Shown here: positions 59,891-64,000 of the stretch, piece by piece
Numbering within the stretch: position 1 is the stretch's first letter
How the letters are laid out: each line of letters begins with the position of its first letter
Assembly (NCBI GenBank): GCA_010093605.1
Contig: MU004181.1
Location: forward strand, 2,852,001 to 2,916,000
Origin: Lophium mytilinum
Lineage: Eukaryota
DNA: 64,000 nt
Direction of reading: 5' to 3'
The notes under the pieces: model-generated
Database searches by the model: none
What the model saw: only the letters and a program-made list of their open reading frames with translations
Told to the model about the DNA's origin: nothing
Translations under genes and position numbers: made by a program

Positions 59891-62470
59891 CTACCTACCG
59901 CTCCGTCTGCTGTGCTTCTTGCCAAACTTGCCCTCGCGACTCTCGCAATGCGGCGTGTTCTTGATACTGTCCTCCTTCGGAAGACCCGGAAGCCCCAGCT
60001 TCCTCCATAGGTTCTGGGAGTTTCTGCGTGCCCTCAGAAGAGACCTGGAGGTCCTAGCGGGTCTCGTTACTTGCCAGAGTTTGGCCGGAACCTGTGCCGA
60101 TGTTTGCAAGCCGCGATGAAGTCGCTGGGAAATCTCCTTCGAAGCCTTGTACCCGACGGCAACTTGCTGTGCCGCCTCGCGCTTTGCCTCTTGCAAGTGT
60201 TCCGAGATACTTTGAGAGGATCGTTTCGCCCTTTCTGTCCAGAATGTAGTCTGCTTAACCAGGGTCGTAGTGCCGTGCTCAACCGTACGCCTTCCATTGC
60301 GGAGGCCGTTAACCAGGGAGTTCGAAACCGCCTTGAGGCCCGTCTGAGCAAGAGCGACATCATTCTTCACAGTCTCCGACAAAATTCCAGCACTGTTTGC
60401 CCAAGCGGATAGCTTCAGCCAGGGAGACCCAAAGCTGAGGGTGAAATTTTGCGTTATCAAGGGCTTTGACTCCGTCCATATGGTAATGTTCAAAAGACCA
60501 CTGGCGTGTTGTCGATCAAGTTCCACGGCAAAAGCTCCCTGGTTGAGTTTGGAGATTGACGATGGAACCCAAATGCCTGCTCGAACGACTCGGACGAAAA
60601 GCGTCGGTGGCTTTCTCAGCTTCAAAAATTGCTGTGGCGGGGTGAGAACGAAATGACGGTCGCCGATTATGTGAACCTTGAACTCTTTCGAATCGTTGAG
60701 CTTCGGTGGCGAAAGGTTTTCTGTGTATGAGAGACCCAAAGATGTTTCCCCGCCTAGTTTCGCAACATCTTTCGTAGATTGTACGATGTCTTTGTAAGAT
60801 TGAGCCAAGTCCCGGATTCGGGGGGTTTGTAAAGCAGTGGCCGGAGTTTGAGGCGGGCCGGTCACTGGTGGTTGGTCCCAGGAGAGGACAGAGGCTGAGG
60901 AAACAACAGGTTGACTTGTATGCACTTTGTAAAATCCGTTGTCGAAGCCTGATTGTTGACCTAGCATACTAGCGGTGAACAAAGATAGTATGAGGATTAC
61001 AACGGCAAACAGAGGCGCCCGAGTTTGCCAGATACGCGTAGCAATGCTCTTAGTGCCTGTCCACCACTCGGTCTTTCCAGGAATTTGTACATTGGATAAC
61101 CAGTCCCTGACAACTGAGCCCAAGCTGGCTTTACTCTGGGAAGCTTCCGCTAACGTTTCGCTGGCAGCGGCATTGGTCGTGCTAAGTACTCCGCTACCCG
61201 ATTGAAGCAGATAGGCTAAATGCCGATTCAGCTGGTCTGGGTTAATGTCCAGGAAGGATGTGATGTTGATAGGAAGTGTTTCGAGGACACGGAATTCGAT
61301 CTCTCCGGGACCACGACCTTCAACACACAGACGGAGACTCTTCGAGCCGTATACGTAGGACTCAGGACACTGCCTGAATGGTACTACGGTAGCAATATCC
61401 AATATAGGAACTGATTGGGATTCCAGAGCCTGGCGAATGAGTCGGTGCTGACCGATCTGGTCAAGAGAGTGTGATAGTTGATATGCAGGTGTATCCGGGT
61501 GGCAGAATATGGCGACATCAGGGAGAGTTGAAGAGGCACTGTCGAAATTAGAAGCTGCTAAGTGCAGGTCCTTCCCGTCGCTCAAATGGAGTACAGTAAC
61601 GGTGGCAAAGCCAGCACCGTGTCGGGACGCGCCGACGCACTGGTCTACGTTCAACTCGATGTCGGTGGAGTCGATCAGCTGGAGGTTGGTAGAATAGCCA
61701 GTGTCAGTTGGCACTCGGATGACACTGAACCTTGAGGATGATTGCTGGGAGCTGTCCGGGGAGTCCGGAGCAGAGGTACGTCCTGCAGCAAGAGCACTGG
61801 CGATCTTTTTGATGGCCTCGTCCCGCATCCAGTCGGTGGGTGCGCCTGCAAACAGTATATGGAAGGGCCTCTTTGGTGCTAAGTACGTCTTTGAGAGGCT
61901 TTGTTTGAAGGTGATCCTCGCCTCGGAACATCCGTATTGCTTGATCACGTCGGGCATGTTCTGGCTCTGGAGAGTTTGGTAGATGTAAGTGCTAGGCACA
62001 TCGTCTTGCTCGGGGCGCCAGTCGGATTCCACAAACTCGATCTGGGAGGCCGACTGTTGTCTCGTATCTCCCCTCGTAGTTGCAAGGCTGCTTGTGCCAG
62101 CATCGTTGCTCGAATTATAACCGAAAGGGGGGCCTGCCGAGCTGGCCATGGTGTTGGAGCGGGGCTCTGATGTCTCGAAGATGAAGCTGTCGTCATCGCT
62201 CTCCTCGGTATCTGCAACAGAGGACATGTCGTCGGGGGTGTTTCCGTCTACTGAAGCTAAAGACTCGGTACGCTCCTCATCGTCTGACTCAACAGAGTCG
62301 TCATTGAGCAGCTCGTAGGAGCTGTCCTCCAGCGAGGACGCAGCCTCGTGTCTCTTGGTGTTGGAACGCATGGCGGGGGGTTCGGGGGCAAGACTGGCGA
62401 GGGCACCGTCGACGTCGAGAGAAGGAAAGGCAAGGTCGTGGGATGACGCTGACGAGCTGCAGTGAGACAT
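59891..62470 (-). CDS. Hypothetical single-pass membrane protein with an acidic N-terminus
   Basis: Intronless ~860-aa ORF; Ser/Asp/Glu-rich N-terminus, one TM (PLFAVVILILSLFTASML), beta-rich segment and helical basic C-terminus. Confidence 0.8.
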   Translation of the reverse strand: MSHCSSSASSHDLAFPSLDVDGALASLAPEPPAMRSNTKRHEAASSLEDSSYELLNDDSVESDDEERTESLASVDGNTPDDMSSVADTEESDDDSFIFETSEPRSNTMASSAGPPFGYNSSNDAGTSSLATTRGDTRQQSASQIEFVESDWRPEQDDVPSTYIYQTLQSQNMPDVIKQYGCSEARITFKQSLSKTYLAPKRPFHILFAGAPTDWMRDEAIKKIASALAAGRTSAPDSPDSSQQSSSRFSVIRVPTDTGYSTNLQLIDSTDIELNVDQCVGASRHGAGFATVTVLHLSDGKDLHLAASNFDSASSTLPDVAIFCHPDTPAYQLSHSLDQIGQHRLIRQALESQSVPILDIATVVPFRQCPESYVYGSKSLRLCVEGRGPGEIEFRVLETLPINITSFLDINPDQLNRHLAYLLQSGSGVLSTTNAAASETLAEASQSKASLGSVVRDWLSNVQIPGKTEWWTGTKSIATRIWQTRAPLFAVVILILSLFTASMLGQQSGFDNGFYKVHTSQPVVSSASVLSWDQPPVTGPPQTPATALQTPRIRDLAQSYKDIVQSTKDVAKLGGETSLGLSYTENLSPPKLNDSKEFKVHIIGDRHFVLTPPQQFLKLRKPPTLFVRVVRAGIWVPSSISKLNQGAFAVELDRQHASGLLNITIWTESKPLITQNFTLSFGSPWLKLSAWANSAGILSETVKNDVALAQTGLKAVSNSLVNGLRNGRRTVEHGTTTLVKQTTFWTERAKRSSQSISEHLQEAKREAAQQVAVGYKASKEISQRLHRGLQTSAQVPAKLWQVTRPARTSRSLLRARRNSQNLWRKLGLPGLPKEDSIKNTPHCESREGKFGKKHSRRSGR

Positions 62471-63127
62471 GGTTAGCTGGGCACCTGGAGGAGGCAAAGG
62501 TGCCGCGTCGATGAGCGTCGAGGAGCGTAGTGAAGAGGACAGGAAGAAGGCCGGAGCATACCTTTGCACGAGTGCCTTAGTCACTCTATAAGAGGACAAC
62601 TACCTAGGTACGGTACCCGGAGTCGGAGGGCGATGACTGCCTAATGTATGGTAGCGAACGGGGCCTCTGGGGGAGCCTTGTGAAACGGGGTGCGGGGCAG
62701 GCAGGCGGCGTCGCCAGCTCATCCGCTGCTTGTCTGGAGACGGAGAGGGACCTGAGCAGCTTGAGAGTACTGCAGCGTCAAGTGTTGAGGTGAAAGGCGT
62801 ATGTATGGCGTCGTTGGGGCGGCGAGAGAGGCACTGAGGTAGTGTTGGAGTGACAGCAGCGGGGGGCTTCATTGACGGGGAGCCCCACCAGCTGCACGTC
62901 TTATCGAAGCTGATAGGCAGCACCTGTCACGCTCTCCCGTGGCCCACGCATCCAGCCCAGCGATGCCCGATATATCCTCGTCGCGCTGCTTGTAGAGGCA
63001 TGCAGCGGAGAGAGGATGCGGCGTCGGGGAGCTCGCCGTTGTTCTGCTGTTGTGCATATATACATTCACCGCGTGGAGCCCTGCCTAGTCGGGCAACACG
63101 GAGCAAGGGGACACCGTGCAGTGACAA

Positions 63128-63170
63128 GGGCGAAAGGGCAAAGGGCACAGGGCAAAGGGCGACAGGCACT
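63128..63170. repeat. Short imperfect 7-8-bp tandem repeat GGGC(G)A(A/C)A upstream of the 62470 gene
   Basis: GGGCGAAA GGGCAAA GGGCACA GGGCAAA GGGCGACA GGCAC. Confidence 0.6.
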
Positions 63171-64000
63171 CCTCGGCCATGTACATACATGACGACAGCC
63201 GTCTCGACGTGATGCTGAATTGCTGCCCATCGAACGGCCCAAGCGGGTGAATAAATACAGTGTGCAGCCGTCCCAACTCCATGATACATCCATCCCAGAA
63301 GCGTCTCACTCCATCCAGCAAGCCCGGCCCTGCAAAACCGACGACGCGCTTTCGTCGCTGGCCACAAGACAACACAAAAAGCCATATTCGAACGGTATTA
63401 TGAAGCAGAGAACCCACACCCCTACGCCGTCTCCCGTGTCTATGGTGATGCCCACCCCCCTGCTACGTCCACCCATTCTGCAAGACAGCTGCCCTGCTTG
63501 CCCTCGACGTCCACAATATCCGTATCGCATTTACATCTACACCCCACGCCGTTCTCTTTCGGTGGGTCGAACGTCGCCCAGTATTCGTCCTCCTCGATTC
63601 GCTTCTTCTCATCCTTCGTTGTCTTCTCCAAGAACGGTATCCGCGGGAGCTGTCGGGCAGGCGCATTGGCCGGGCAATGCTGGATTGTCGTATGCCTATA
63701 TCCAAAGTCTCGGAAGTAATGAATGTCCTTCGGACTTAAGAGGGCTCCGGCCGCCAGTGAATGAATTGGAGCATCTCCCCACTACTCATCGTTAGCTCAC
63801 GTCTGCTTAGAGTCCAGATGAACACGTACCCGCTCCATCCAAAATCCTCCGCTGCGGTCCATCATCTCAAAGAAATCGTTGTATTCTTTACTCCGGAACC
63901 AATCCAGCCTGGCAATCTCAAAGTTACTCCAGAAATGGCACATGTTGTATTCCTCGCCCTCCATTGCGTCTAGACTGATATCCGGTAGTGATCCCGCTCC

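Noticed and set aside
62600..64000. Many overlapping short ORFs at the right end of the window
   Set aside because: GC-rich promoter or UTR-like sequence with no codon or domain signal.
1..64000. tRNA or rRNA genes
   Set aside because: No cloverleaf with intact A/B boxes and no rRNA-like sequence was recognised by eye; a tRNAscan-SE/cmscan run would be needed to exclude them.

Overview
Gene-dense genomic DNA from a filamentous ascomycete (Pezizomycotina; short GT-AG introns with CTAAC/CTGAC branch points, plus a RIP-mutated repeat). The left ~35 kb looks accessory. It holds the 3' end of a Nop6-like RRM gene, a secreted Vps62-like protein, a ~1,786-aa nucleotidyltransferase-like + ankyrin-repeat protein whose second intron folds into a long dsRNA rod, an M50B peptidase, a MAPEG protein, an ADP-ribosylglycohydrolase, a GH16 glucanase, a SAM methyltransferase, an F-box-like protein, a ~3.9 kb RIP-destroyed PIF/Harbinger-type transposon and a pentapeptide-repeat/F-box-like fusion. 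The right ~28 kb is mostly housekeeping: SNF4, PTC1, VPS2, FZO1, TUL1, MNN9, YRB1, TAF14 and two large hypothetical genes. Best candidate for an undescribed system: the NTase-ankyrin gene and its structured intron. All gene models, helices and family calls were read by eye; no searches or folding programs were run.
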